Below, one piece after another: positions 37,811 to 46,971 of a stretch of DNA of 64,000 nucleotides (positions within the stretch are counted from its first letter, which is position 1; every line of letters begins with the position of its first letter). The notes beneath the pieces were generated by a model. The model was not told where the DNA came from. It searched no databases and saw only the letters and a program-made list of their open reading frames with translations. The position numbers were made by a program, and so were the translations under genes. The stretch is from Candidatus Dormiibacterota bacterium (lineage in GTDB: Bacteria; Chloroflexota; Dormibacteria; Aeolococcales; Bog-877), in the NCBI GenBank assembly GCA_963804565.1, contig CAWDQV010000001.1, positions 1,366,643-1,430,642 on the forward strand. The letters run 5' to 3'.

Positions 37811-39187
37811 ATGCAAAATCAGGGGAGCCTCGGGCCAACCACCGTCGCCGAACTGCTTCAGACAATGCAGCAGGAACGGGCAACCGGGACGCTCTCGCTT
37901 GCCAGCAACGGCAGCCAGTGCTCACTCCACTTCCTGTTCGGGCACCTGTTCCACGCCGTCGGCGGCGGTGCCGATGGCGAGTCCGCTGTGATCGACGCCT
38001 TGGGCTGGCGCGATGGCGAGTACAGCTTTAACCCGCGTGCCAAGCTGCCTCCGGAGGAAACCATCAACAGTTCCACAGAGGACTTGGTTGCGGTCTGGCG
38101 CAACGGCAAGGACAACCACCAGGCGATAGCCGCAGCTGAGGTCACGGTCACGGTGGCAGCGGCGACCACACCCGCCCCATCCAGAGTGACCGCGCCCGAC
38201 GATGACGCGGAAGACGAGGACTGGCTGGATACGGTCGCCTCTGGCGAGGCTACGGCCAGGGCCACCCAGCCCTCTGAAATCCCTGCCTACCGGGCTCCCG
38301 CGCCTGTAGATTCGGCGCCGGAGCGCGCCTTCGTGGCGCCCCGGCCGGCAGCACCGGCTTCGACCCCGGCGGCAACGCCTCGGGTGGCTCCGACGGCGGC
38401 CCCTTCGCCGGTCGCCGATGCGACCCGGGACGAGGCAGCCAGCCCGGCCATTCCCAACCGGCCAGGTGCCCGGACCGCCCCTGCCAACCAGGCCCCGGGT
38501 GGCGTGAGCCCGGCGGTGCCGAGCTCGACCCTGGTCGCAGGGGCGACCAAGAGCCAGCTCTCGGTCTTGATTCCGATGCCCTCTGGGTCCTCGCTTCACA
38601 GCGGTCTCAAGGCCAGCTTCCTGAACTTCCCAATGCTGCTCCGGACCCTCGCCCAGGACGGCTTCTCCGGCTACGTCAGCATCACCGGAGAAAAGGATCC
38701 CCGCAACGTCGGCCACATACTGTTCCGAGAGGGGGCGATCGTCCAGGCCCAGCACCGCTCATCCGGCTCCTACCGGCGCCACCGGGCGGCGCTTCAGGAG
38801 GTGGTTCGCGGTGTCGGCGCCGGCGAAGGGCTGATTGACGCCATCGAGTTGCCGGCCCCGTTGGTCGAGTCGGTCGGCGGGCTGATAGTGGGCACCACCC
38901 TCTTCCTCCAGTTGCCGTCCCAGATAGTCGACTTCGAAGCACTGATCGAATTCGTCGAGGAGCGACCGCTCACCGGCGCCATCCTGGTCACCACTGCCGG
39001 AGAGCAGGTTTCGGTGGTGCTGATGGCAGAAGGCAAGGGGAAGGGAAGCTATAGCTCGAACAGCCCAACTCTGACCGAGGGCCAGGGCGTCGCGGCGACC
39101 GCCAGCGCAGAACGCGATGCTCGGATCGACGTAGTTGGCTCTCCGCAAGGGCCACTTCCAGCGATCGAGCTCGCGGAGATCGGCTGA
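37811..39187 (+). CDS. DUF4388-domain protein with Pro/Ala-rich linker and repeated DUF4388-like C-terminal modules
   Basis: N-terminus VAELLQTMQQERATGTLSL...GESAVIDALGWRDGEYSF is typical of DUF4388. Then ~170 aa of low-complexity P/A-rich sequence. C-terminal segments GFSGYVSITGE...GHILFREGAIV and LTGAILVTT... follow. Start taken at ATG 37811. Confidence 0.65.
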   Translation: MQNQGSLGPTTVAELLQTMQQERATGTLSLASNGSQCSLHFLFGHLFHAVGGGADGESAVIDALGWRDGEYSFNPRAKLPPEETINSSTEDLVAVWRNGKDNHQAIAAAEVTVTVAAATTPAPSRVTAPDDDAEDEDWLDTVASGEATARATQPSEIPAYRAPAPVDSAPERAFVAPRPAAPASTPAATPRVAPTAAPSPVADATRDEAASPAIPNRPGARTAPANQAPGGVSPAVPSSTLVAGATKSQLSVLIPMPSGSSLHSGLKASFLNFPMLLRTLAQDGFSGYVSITGEKDPRNVGHILFREGAIVQAQHRSSGSYRRHRAALQEVVRGVGAGEGLIDAIELPAPLVESVGGLIVGTTLFLQLPSQIVDFEALIEFVEERPLTGAILVTTAGEQVSVVLMAEGKGKGSYSSNSPTLTEGQGVAATASAERDARIDVVGSPQGPLPAIELAEIG

Positions 39188-39198
39188 CACTTCGGAGG

Positions 39199-40920
39199 AT
39201 GCTGCCGGGAGCATTCCGCTCCAGGCGCCCGTTACTCCTCGCCAGCACTGTCGTGGCGCTGTTGTTCGCTCCCCTCCTCACCGGCTGCGGCCCGCTCGCG
39301 CCGCCCCAGATCACTGATGTCTCACCGTCACCGAGCCAGGGGTCAGTCCACACCAGCGACCCACTGGTGATCACCTTCAACACGGCGATGAACGAGTTCT
39401 CGGTCGAGCAACGTCTATACCTCAGGACCCGGAAGAACCACTGGCCGCCCGGCTGCGTGATCGCTAACGCGGCAGCCGGTCGGAAGACCGGCTGTCACTT
39501 CGTTTGGCGGACTCCGCGGGTGATGGCGCTGGTCCACCCCCACCATCCATGGGCCACCATCACCACCTATCGGGTGGCGCTCAGGGGAGGCATCGAGGCT
39601 GCCGACGGGGCGGTCAACTCCCTCTCGCACTCCTGGGAGTTTTCCACCGAGGGTGGTCCTCAGGTGTCATCCACTACCCCCTCCAACGGAGGAGCGGTCG
39701 GGCCGGACCAGGCGATCTCCATCAACTTCAGTCGCGACATGAATCCAGCAGCGGTGAGGAGGGCCATCACCATCACCCCAGCTCTCAGCGGCGGGTACCA
39801 ACTCGCCGAAAGCTCGAGGGTCCCAGGGCGGTTCTTGATCGAGCCGAACCTCCCGCTGGTTCCGGGAGCAACCTACATGATGGCGATCTCCAAGTCGGCG
39901 CTGGACGTGGACGGGAACCAACTGCAGCGCCCGGCCAAGGTCCGCTTCACCGTCAGCGCCCTGGGCAGCACCACGACCGTTGATTTCCCGGCCGGGGCGT
40001 CGGCTGGCGGATACACGGAGGTTCTCGCAGCGTCGCCCCCGCAGGTGCCCGGGGACCCGCCTGCGGTGCGGGTTCTCACCACCGCGCCCGCCGGACATCA
40101 GTTCGTCTACGCATGGCCATCACCAAATGGGACATCGGTCGCGGTCGAACTGGCGGGAGGTCAGCCAATTCAGGTGATCGATCTCAGCACCGGAAAGAGC
40201 ACCGACGTTCTTGGCAGTATCGGCAGCAACGCGGCGTCATGGAGCCCGAACGGGCAGCAACTAGCCTTCGTGGTAGGGGGCGCACTTCGCGTATACACCG
40301 TCTCCGGCGCCACATCGCTGACCCTGGCCACATCGCCGTCCATGGAAGGTCCTCTGACCTGGCGCCCTGATGGCCAAGTGGTGGCCGCAGTGGCAGCCCC
40401 AACCGGCGATCCGCCGCGGGTGGCACTGCTGAGCCCCGGGCTCAAGGCGATCACCTTCCTGCCCACTTCCACTACGGCTGTCGCCGCCGAAGGCGACCCG
40501 GTCTGGAGTCCTAGCGGTGGCAGTCTCGCCTTCTCGGTGGGAAGCGGGAGCACCGCGGCACTCTGGATTTACCAACCGCTCGACACCAGCGCGCCGCTGA
40601 GCGAGGTGTCGGCTACCGCCGGACAGCCCCTGGCATTCCTCGACCTGGACACCGTGCTTGTCCAGGAGCCGTCGGGCTCCTTGGCCACCGTCTCGACCAC
40701 GACCGGGACGGTCACGACGATCGTGGGCGGGAGGAACGGGCAGTATCCCGAGGCGGCCGCGGCAACGACGACAGGTCGCCAAATTGCCTTCACGCTCAGC
40801 GTCGACGGCCGGGTCCAGGTCTTCCTGGCCAACGATGACGGCACCGGAGTCGAAGCTCTGACTGGCTTCTCGGCCAAACTGCCTCTGAATGCCGGGGCTC
40901 CAAGCTTCGTCGGTGGTTGA
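39199..40920 (+). CDS. lipoprotein with Ig-like (SbsA/Big_5-type) domains and a TolB/PD40-like beta-propeller
   Basis: Signal peptide with lipobox LLTGC. Two ...ISINFSRDMN-type Ig modules. Repeats: WPSPNGTSVA, WSPNGQQLAF, WRPDGQVVA, WSPSGGSLAF. Confidence 0.7.
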   Translation: MLPGAFRSRRPLLLASTVVALLFAPLLTGCGPLAPPQITDVSPSPSQGSVHTSDPLVITFNTAMNEFSVEQRLYLRTRKNHWPPGCVIANAAAGRKTGCHFVWRTPRVMALVHPHHPWATITTYRVALRGGIEAADGAVNSLSHSWEFSTEGGPQVSSTTPSNGGAVGPDQAISINFSRDMNPAAVRRAITITPALSGGYQLAESSRVPGRFLIEPNLPLVPGATYMMAISKSALDVDGNQLQRPAKVRFTVSALGSTTTVDFPAGASAGGYTEVLAASPPQVPGDPPAVRVLTTAPAGHQFVYAWPSPNGTSVAVELAGGQPIQVIDLSTGKSTDVLGSIGSNAASWSPNGQQLAFVVGGALRVYTVSGATSLTLATSPSMEGPLTWRPDGQVVAAVAAPTGDPPRVALLSPGLKAITFLPTSTTAVAAEGDPVWSPSGGSLAFSVGSGSTAALWIYQPLDTSAPLSEVSATAGQPLAFLDLDTVLVQEPSGSLATVSTTTGTVTTIVGGRNGQYPEAAAATTTGRQIAFTLSVDGRVQVFLANDDGTGVEALTGFSAKLPLNAGAPSFVGG

Positions 40921-40968
40921 TCCAGGGGTTACGCCGACTGGCTTCGGCCAACTAACCTCACTCGCTGA

Positions 40969-41841
40969 ATGAGGTCGACCCGCGAGCGTGGCTCCCGGTG
41001 GGACCTCATCCCTTGGCCGACCCAGACGACGATTCTGCTGAGCTCGGTAGCTCCGGTCGTGGTCGGCACCGGAGTGGCGGCTCACTACGGCGCAGTTCCG
41101 GCGGGCAAGAGTCTGGCCGCTCTTGGGGTCGCAGTCTCGCTGGGGCTGGGTCTGGGGGAGATCCTGAGTAGCTCCGAGACGAACCACCCGACATCGTCGA
41201 GATTGCTGCGGATTCCCGAGCTGGATCGGATCCCGCGCCTAGCCCTCGGGTGGCTCGCCCTCGCGCTGGTGTTGGGCGCGTGGCTGGCCGCCTCAACCGC
41301 CTGGTGGCTCCTGGCGGTGGGAGCAGTCAGCGCGGCGATCATCCTCGTCTGGTGGGTTCCCCTGACAGCGAGGCCAGACCTCAGCTGGGCCCAGCTGGCA
41401 ATGGTGGCGGCAGCCGAGCTCCTCGCTGGCTGGGGGGCGGTCTTCGTGGAGTCGGGTAGGCTGGGCTGGCTCGGGCTCCTGCCGGCCATCCTGCCGGCCA
41501 GCATGGTCGCCGCGCTGCTGATACTGGCCAAGCTTCGCGACCAGACCTCCGAGATGACGGATCCGGAGGTGGGGGCGGTGGCCGGTCTCACTGTGCGCGG
41601 GTCGCGGATGCTCTTCCACGGTCTGCTGCTGTTGTCGCTGGCGGTCCCGTTGCTGATCACCATCCCCGGTCTTGACGGGGCGGAGTGCTTTCTCCCGTGG
41701 CTGCTCGCCCCCCTCGCGGAGGGACCCCTTCGCAACTCCAGATCCAAGGAGTCGATCCTCCGCCAGCGCGCCGTCCGCCAGACCGCCGTGCTCCTGCTGG
41801 CCAGCTCCGCACTCCTCGCGTTGGGAGTCTGGAGCGGCTGA
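40969..41841 (+). CDS. polytopic integral membrane protein of unknown function
   Basis: 290 aa with about 8 hydrophobic segments. I did not see UbiA-type Asp-rich motifs. Confidence 0.5.
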   Translation: MRSTRERGSRWDLIPWPTQTTILLSSVAPVVVGTGVAAHYGAVPAGKSLAALGVAVSLGLGLGEILSSSETNHPTSSRLLRIPELDRIPRLALGWLALALVLGAWLAASTAWWLLAVGAVSAAIILVWWVPLTARPDLSWAQLAMVAAAELLAGWGAVFVESGRLGWLGLLPAILPASMVAALLILAKLRDQTSEMTDPEVGAVAGLTVRGSRMLFHGLLLLSLAVPLLITIPGLDGAECFLPWLLAPLAEGPLRNSRSKESILRQRAVRQTAVLLLASSALLALGVWSG

Positions 41842-41850
41842 CTGGGCGGG

Positions 41851-43134
41851 TCAGACCTCCCTACCGGCGACGGCCGCTAGGCTGGCGGGCAGCCCGTACT
41901 CCGGGAGGAGGGCATCCACCGTTCGTTCCCAGGTAAAGGTCTGGGCCCGCCTCCAGGCGGCCTGCCGCATTACCACCTCATCCCCTGGCGGACTGGACAG
42001 CACCTTTCCGATCGCCTCCGCATAGTCGGCTGGTTCATGGCCCTCGACCAGGTACCCGGTCCTGCCGTGTGCCACCACATCGCGCAGGCCACCAACCGAG
42101 GCCGCCACGACCGGGGTCCCGCAGGCCTGTGCCTCGAGGGCGACCAGCCCAAACGACTCGGTGTGGGAAGGCACCACCACCACGTCCGCTAGGCAGTAGA
42201 GCAGGGCGAGCCGGTCCTGAGGCTTGGCGCCCAGGAAGCAGACCTTGTCGGTGAGGCCGAGCTCACGAACCCGAGCTTCCAGTAGGCTCCTCTGGCCGAC
42301 CTTTGCGCCGTCGCTGCTGTCGTCGCCGACGAACAACAGCTGCAGCGGATCCCTGAGATCGCTCCGCTTCGCCAGGATGGCGAAGGCGTCCAGCAGTGTG
42401 TCCGGACCCTTCAGTGGCTCAAGGCGTCCTGCGAAGAGCACCACCTTGCGCCCGGACAGCCTGAGCCTGCGCCTTAGGCGGTCCGGGTCGCGGGGCTGGA
42501 ACCTCACCAAGTCCACCCCGGGCGGTGCCACCACCACCTGCCCCGGGCGGGCGCCGTAAAGCCTTCTCAGAGCGCTGGCCTCGCCCGGGGTGTTGGCCAC
42601 AAGCCGGGCCCCACCGGTGACCGCACGGTGCTCCGCCACCAGCCGCTGAGGCCCATCCCCATCGAAGCCGTACTCGCCCTTCACGGCGGCCAGGGTGTGG
42701 GCGGTGTGCAACCACGGCACGCCCAGATCCATCGCTAGCTCGGCCGCCACGTCCGCGGTTAGCCAGTAGTGGCTGTGGATGGCGAGGTAGTGCCTCCCGG
42801 AGCGCTGCATGTAGAAGCGGACCGCCTCGAGGTACTCGTCCCGGGTGTTGGGCAGTTGCGGCTTAGTGAGTTTCCGTGCAGGCCCGGCGTTTACCGCCAC
42901 CACCCGGCTCCTAGGACCCATGGCCTGTTCCGAGGGCTCGTCGGGATCGGTGCGCCGAATGAAGACGTCCGTGTGAACTCCCCGGGCTCCGAGTTCCTCG
43001 CAAACCGAACGGACGTAGACGTTCAACCCACCGTTCTCGCGTTCACCCAGCCGGGCCAGGGGTGACGCGTGCAGCGAGAGGAAGGCGATGGTGTCGCCTG
43101 GGCTGGCTCCGTTGCCGCTTGAGGTTGGAGTCAC
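41851..43134 (-). CDS. GT4 glycosyltransferase, MshA-like (retaining GT-B)
   Basis: The N-terminus IAFLSLHASPLARLGERENGGLNVYV...HSHYWLT...HTAHTLAAVK resembles D-inositol-3-phosphate glycosyltransferase. C-terminal motif ESFGLVALEAQACGTPVVA. Confidence 0.75.
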   Translation of the reverse strand: MTPTSSGNGASPGDTIAFLSLHASPLARLGERENGGLNVYVRSVCEELGARGVHTDVFIRRTDPDEPSEQAMGPRSRVVAVNAGPARKLTKPQLPNTRDEYLEAVRFYMQRSGRHYLAIHSHYWLTADVAAELAMDLGVPWLHTAHTLAAVKGEYGFDGDGPQRLVAEHRAVTGGARLVANTPGEASALRRLYGARPGQVVVAPPGVDLVRFQPRDPDRLRRRLRLSGRKVVLFAGRLEPLKGPDTLLDAFAILAKRSDLRDPLQLLFVGDDSSDGAKVGQRSLLEARVRELGLTDKVCFLGAKPQDRLALLYCLADVVVVPSHTESFGLVALEAQACGTPVVAASVGGLRDVVAHGRTGYLVEGHEPADYAEAIGKVLSSPPGDEVVMRQAAWRRAQTFTWERTVDALLPEYGLPASLAAVAGREV

Positions 43135-44249
43135 AAGCGGCTCTCCTTCGCTTCGGGCAAGCTGATCTGGAGGCGCCAGAGCGGCTCGTCAACGGCTCCC
43201 AGGTGGTACTTGTAGGCCTCGTTGCCACGAAGGAAGTCGGCGGTTGTGCAACCCTCGTTGATGGCCACCCTGATGCCCTCGCTAACGCAGAGAAACCCCG
43301 GGGACAGCGAGGCTGCATCGGGCTGATATCCCGAGTTGTAAAGGTTCCAGGTGCCGGAGACGGTGAAGCCGAGAGTGGCCCCGATCAATTGCCCCTCAGC
43401 CTTTATGAACTGGACCCGCAGCCAGCCTCTCTCGTGGAGTCGACGGGACGCACTACGGATGAAGGCCTCGACATCCGGAGTGAGGAACTCGACCTTATGT
43501 GGGCCGCTTGCCCGGAGGATTGGGAAGAACGCCTCGATCGCGTCCTCTGCGCCGAGATCGGCCTCAGTCACCAAACTCCAGTCCGGCCTCTCAGAATCGA
43601 GCCGGCGCAGTTTGCGCCTGAGCTCGTGGCGGTCCTTCTTGTTGAGTCGCCCGCTGACGAATTCTTCGAAGTCGCCGCCGAGTCTCACCCGAGGGCTCAC
43701 CTCCTGCTGGGTCAGCTCTTCTCCCAGCTCGAGCTGGCGCGCCGCTCGGCGCAGTGCGCCCAGAGCCGGCGACGAGTCGAGAAGCAGGTGCAGGTCCAGA
43801 GGCCGACACTCGCGCATCGCCTCGTTCCTGGCACAGGTAGTCCAGCGCGGCCAGCGCCACCTCGTCGGCTAGCTCCGGACGGAAGAGGAAACCGAGGTGG
43901 TCTGAGAGGTCTGGTCCCCCGGCGAATCCGAGCACCGTGGGGTGGTCAGCGGCAACCTGGAGCGGGAGGACGCCGACTACCGTGGCCGGATCCGAGACGA
44001 CCAGACAACGGAGGCGCGCTGGTCGCCGTAGACCTCCCACCAGCTCCATTGCCAGTCCCAAGACAGGAATGGGTTGATGGGCTCACCAGCTGCCTCGACC
44101 TCGTTCCAATCGCGGCTGAGCCGCCTCAGCCCTTCAGAGGTGGTGACCTCCTCCACCCGCAGGCCGCGGTCGTTCGGAATCAGTGCCGTTTGCGCCCCGA
44201 GGGGCGCTGGACATGAGGCCCCGATGCTTGCTCCACCCTGAAATCCCAC
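43131..44249 (-). CDS. CelD/BioF2-like GNAT (FemAB-fold acetyltransferase); two frame breaks
   Basis: Family sequence is spread over ORFs 43977..44249 (INPFLSWDWQWSWWEVYG), 43591..44061 and 43131..43817 (LRGNEAYKYHLGA). Stop overlaps the GT4 start. Confidence 0.65.
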
Positions 44250-44362
44250 GCTCCGCCGAGACTGCGCGAGACCGCGGCCAGCGAGATCACTCTACCATCG
44301 CCGCCAGAGGCCAAACATGTGGTAAAGAGGTCCCCAGCTTGAGCGACCCGCACCCAGCGCAA

Positions 44363-45565
44363 GTGCAGATCTGGGCGGCCGGAACCGGCGGCGGTCACGT
44401 CAGCGTGGCGAGAGCGCTGGCGTCAGCCCTGGAATCACAAAGCGACGGTCGGGTGACGGTTGCCTTAGACGATCCGACGAACGACCCCATCGGCCGCACC
44501 GCGCGCTCCCTCGCCCGAGCCTACGGCCCCCTTGTGCGGACCTCCCCGGCGCTTTGGGGCATGCTATTCCGAGGCTTCAGCCTGCACCAACTGAACTCGG
44601 GAATGGACCGATTCCTCCTCCACCAGCTCGGTCCGGCAATGGCCGCGCGGACCCGGCTCCGAGCACCCCGGGTCATCGTCAACTGCCACCCGCTTCTGGG
44701 TTCGGCGGCGCAGTCTGCGAGCAGGAGCGTTGTCGCAGCGGGCCGGCCCCCGGCAATGGTCACGGTCATGACGGATCTGGTGGGTGGTCACCGGGGATGG
44801 CTGTCACCGCGTCCGGACGCCATGCTGACGGCTACCGCCGAGGCGACCGACTGGTGTCTTCGTCATGGGCTGCCAGCCTCTCTGATCCGAGAGACGGGGC
44901 TGCCCATCGACCCGGCATTGGCCATCGAGCCGCCCACCTCGGCTGAGCGCATTGATCGCAGGCGGTCGCTAGGGCTCGATCCCAATACCCTCTGCGTACT
45001 GGTGGGCGGGGGGGCCGAGGGTGCTGGCAATCTGCGGAGATTGGTCATCGCTGTTGGCGCGACCGCTCTCCCCCTGCAAGTCGTTGTGGCGTGCGGCAAC
45101 AATCGCCGGCTGTTGGAGTGGTTGCGGCGACATCCGCTGGCTGTTCCGACGGTCGCGCTGGCCTCCCAAGCCTCGCTCACGCCCTGGTTTCAGGCGGCCG
45201 ACATCTACCTCGGAAAGGCTGGCCCGAGCACCCTAGCGGAGGCAGCAGCGGCGGGCATGGCTCTCCTGGTCACCGACTCCCTGCCAGGGCAAGAGGAGAA
45301 AAACGCTGCCGCCCTAGTGGCGGCCCGCGCAGGGCTGCACGTTCACCGCCATGAGGAGCTGCGCCCGCTTCTGGCCCGCTTGGTCCAACCGGCCGACCCC
45401 CTGCTTGACAAGTTGCAACGGGGAGCACGGGCGTGGGCGCGGCCGCGTGCTGCCATGGCCGCTGCCGAGGTGGTTCTCAGCTTCCTCGAGGGCGAGGTGC
45501 CGGCGTCCCTGCCTCCGGGACGAAGCGCAGCCGGGTTAGCGGGCGCCCCCCAACCTCAGCGTTGA
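44363..45565 (+). CDS. GT28/MGDG-synthase-like glycosyltransferase
   Basis: VQIWAAGTGGGHVSVARALASAL N-terminus (GTG 44363 within track ORF 44183). C-terminal GKAGPSTLAEAAAAGMALLV...GQEEKNA motif. Confidence 0.7.
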   Translation: MQIWAAGTGGGHVSVARALASALESQSDGRVTVALDDPTNDPIGRTARSLARAYGPLVRTSPALWGMLFRGFSLHQLNSGMDRFLLHQLGPAMAARTRLRAPRVIVNCHPLLGSAAQSASRSVVAAGRPPAMVTVMTDLVGGHRGWLSPRPDAMLTATAEATDWCLRHGLPASLIRETGLPIDPALAIEPPTSAERIDRRRSLGLDPNTLCVLVGGGAEGAGNLRRLVIAVGATALPLQVVVACGNNRRLLEWLRRHPLAVPTVALASQASLTPWFQAADIYLGKAGPSTLAEAAAAGMALLVTDSLPGQEEKNAAALVAARAGLHVHRHEELRPLLARLVQPADPLLDKLQRGARAWARPRAAMAAAEVVLSFLEGEVPASLPPGRSAAGLAGAPQPQR

Positions 45566-45791
45566 CCGCGTCAAGGATCGTTGCCGCCTCGATCTGCAGC
45601 TGATGGGCGATAGCGGGGTGGGCGCACGCCAGGACGAGGACCGACCTCTCGACGGCGAACACCCGGACATGGGGCCTTATATACGCGCCACACACCCTGG
45701 CGAAGGCCGCCTCGACCCGCACCTGCCGGACCTGTCCGGTGGCTCCCAGACGGCGTAGCACCCGCGGCAGGATCGCCTCTATGCCTTCCAT
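45477..45791 (-). CDS. DUF721 (RecF-associated, Zn-ribbon-like) protein
   Basis: MEGIEAILPRVLRRLG...VLVLACAHPAIAHQLQ. In frame with the shifted tail of track ORF 45477..46949. Canonical position after recF. Confidence 0.7.
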   Translation of the reverse strand: MEGIEAILPRVLRRLGATGQVRQVRVEAAFARVCGAYIRPHVRVFAVERSVLVLACAHPAIAHQLQIEAATILDAVNAEVGGRPLTRLRFVPEAGTPAPRPRGS

Positions 45792-46949
45792 TCGGCCAGC
45801 TCCCAGCCCGACTGCTCCTGTCGTGAAAGCAAGCCTCCTCTGGCCTGCAGGATCTGCGAAACGGCCACCTCTCCGCCGATCTGAGGGTCTTCCGTCGAGG
45901 TGATCAGTGTCTGTTCGACCGCCAGCTCCTCGGAGAGTAGCTGGATCAGTCCCGTCCGACGGGTCGTGGTCGAGCTCAGAGAGCACGTCGTCGAGAAGTA
46001 GCAGCGGAGTCTCTCCACCGTGGGTGAGGTGCTGCCTGACCTCCGCCACCTTGAGGGCCAGCACGATGCTCCGCTGCTGTCCCTGAGACGCAAATTGCCG
46101 AGCTGGTCTGCCTCCAAGCAGAACCTCGAAGTCGTCCCGGTGTGGACCGACTACGCACTGCGCTCGTGCGACCTCCTCGGCCGAAGTCACCGACAGGGCG
46201 TGCCACAGCGCATCAGCGGGGTCCGCCGATCGGTCCAGGCTGGCCCCTCGGCCCAGTCCGGGGCGGTACTGCAGCTGCAGTTCGGCTGACTCGCCGATCT
46301 TGATGACCGCTTCGGCAGCTACCGGCTGCACCGCCTCCAGATAGCGCCGGCTCTCCCGGACGACCACCGACCCGTGCTCGACCAGGGCCTCGGTCCAGGG
46401 CTGGAGCTCTGCTGGTGTGGCCAGGCCATCCCGCACCCGGCGGAGCAGCGAGTTGCGATGATCGACCGCCCTCCGGTATCTGGTCGCCGCCTCAGCATAA
46501 GCTGGCGACAGTTGGCTCAAAACGACGTCGAGGAGCCTCCGCCTGGGCTCGGGCCCACCCTTTACCAGGAGCAAGTCCTCGGGCCAGAAGAGAACCACGC
46601 GGAAACGTCCCAAGAGCTGACGAGGCTGGATCCGGTCCCCATCCTGGCGCAGTTTGCGGACCCACCGCTCGGTCTCCTGCTGGCGCTCGGCCCGCAGCTC
46701 CAGATCGTTCTCCCCGAGACGGCTAATTAGATGGGCGGCTACACCCATCCGTGGCTCTCCCCACGAGGCGCAATCTCCCAGGGACGCCGACCTCGGGGAC
46801 CGGGTGAGCGCGAGAGTGGCGATCGCCTCGAGCAGGCTAGTCTTGCCCTGCCCGTTCTGGCCCAGGACCAAGTTCACCCCCGGGAAGAGCTCTAGCGACG
46901 CTTCCTGGTAAATGCGAAAGCAGAGCAGGCGAAGCTCCGATAGGTACAA
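45779..46949 (-). CDS. recF: DNA replication/repair protein RecF; frame broken once
   Basis: The N-terminal part carries Walker A GQNGQGKTSLLEA. Walker B LLLLDDVLSELD is followed by a shift into ORF 45779..46117 (RRTGLIQLL...QTLITST). Removing one G from GGG 45961-45963 repairs it. Confidence 0.85.
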
Positions 46950-46971
46950 GCGGGCAGCTCCGTCAGTCCCC

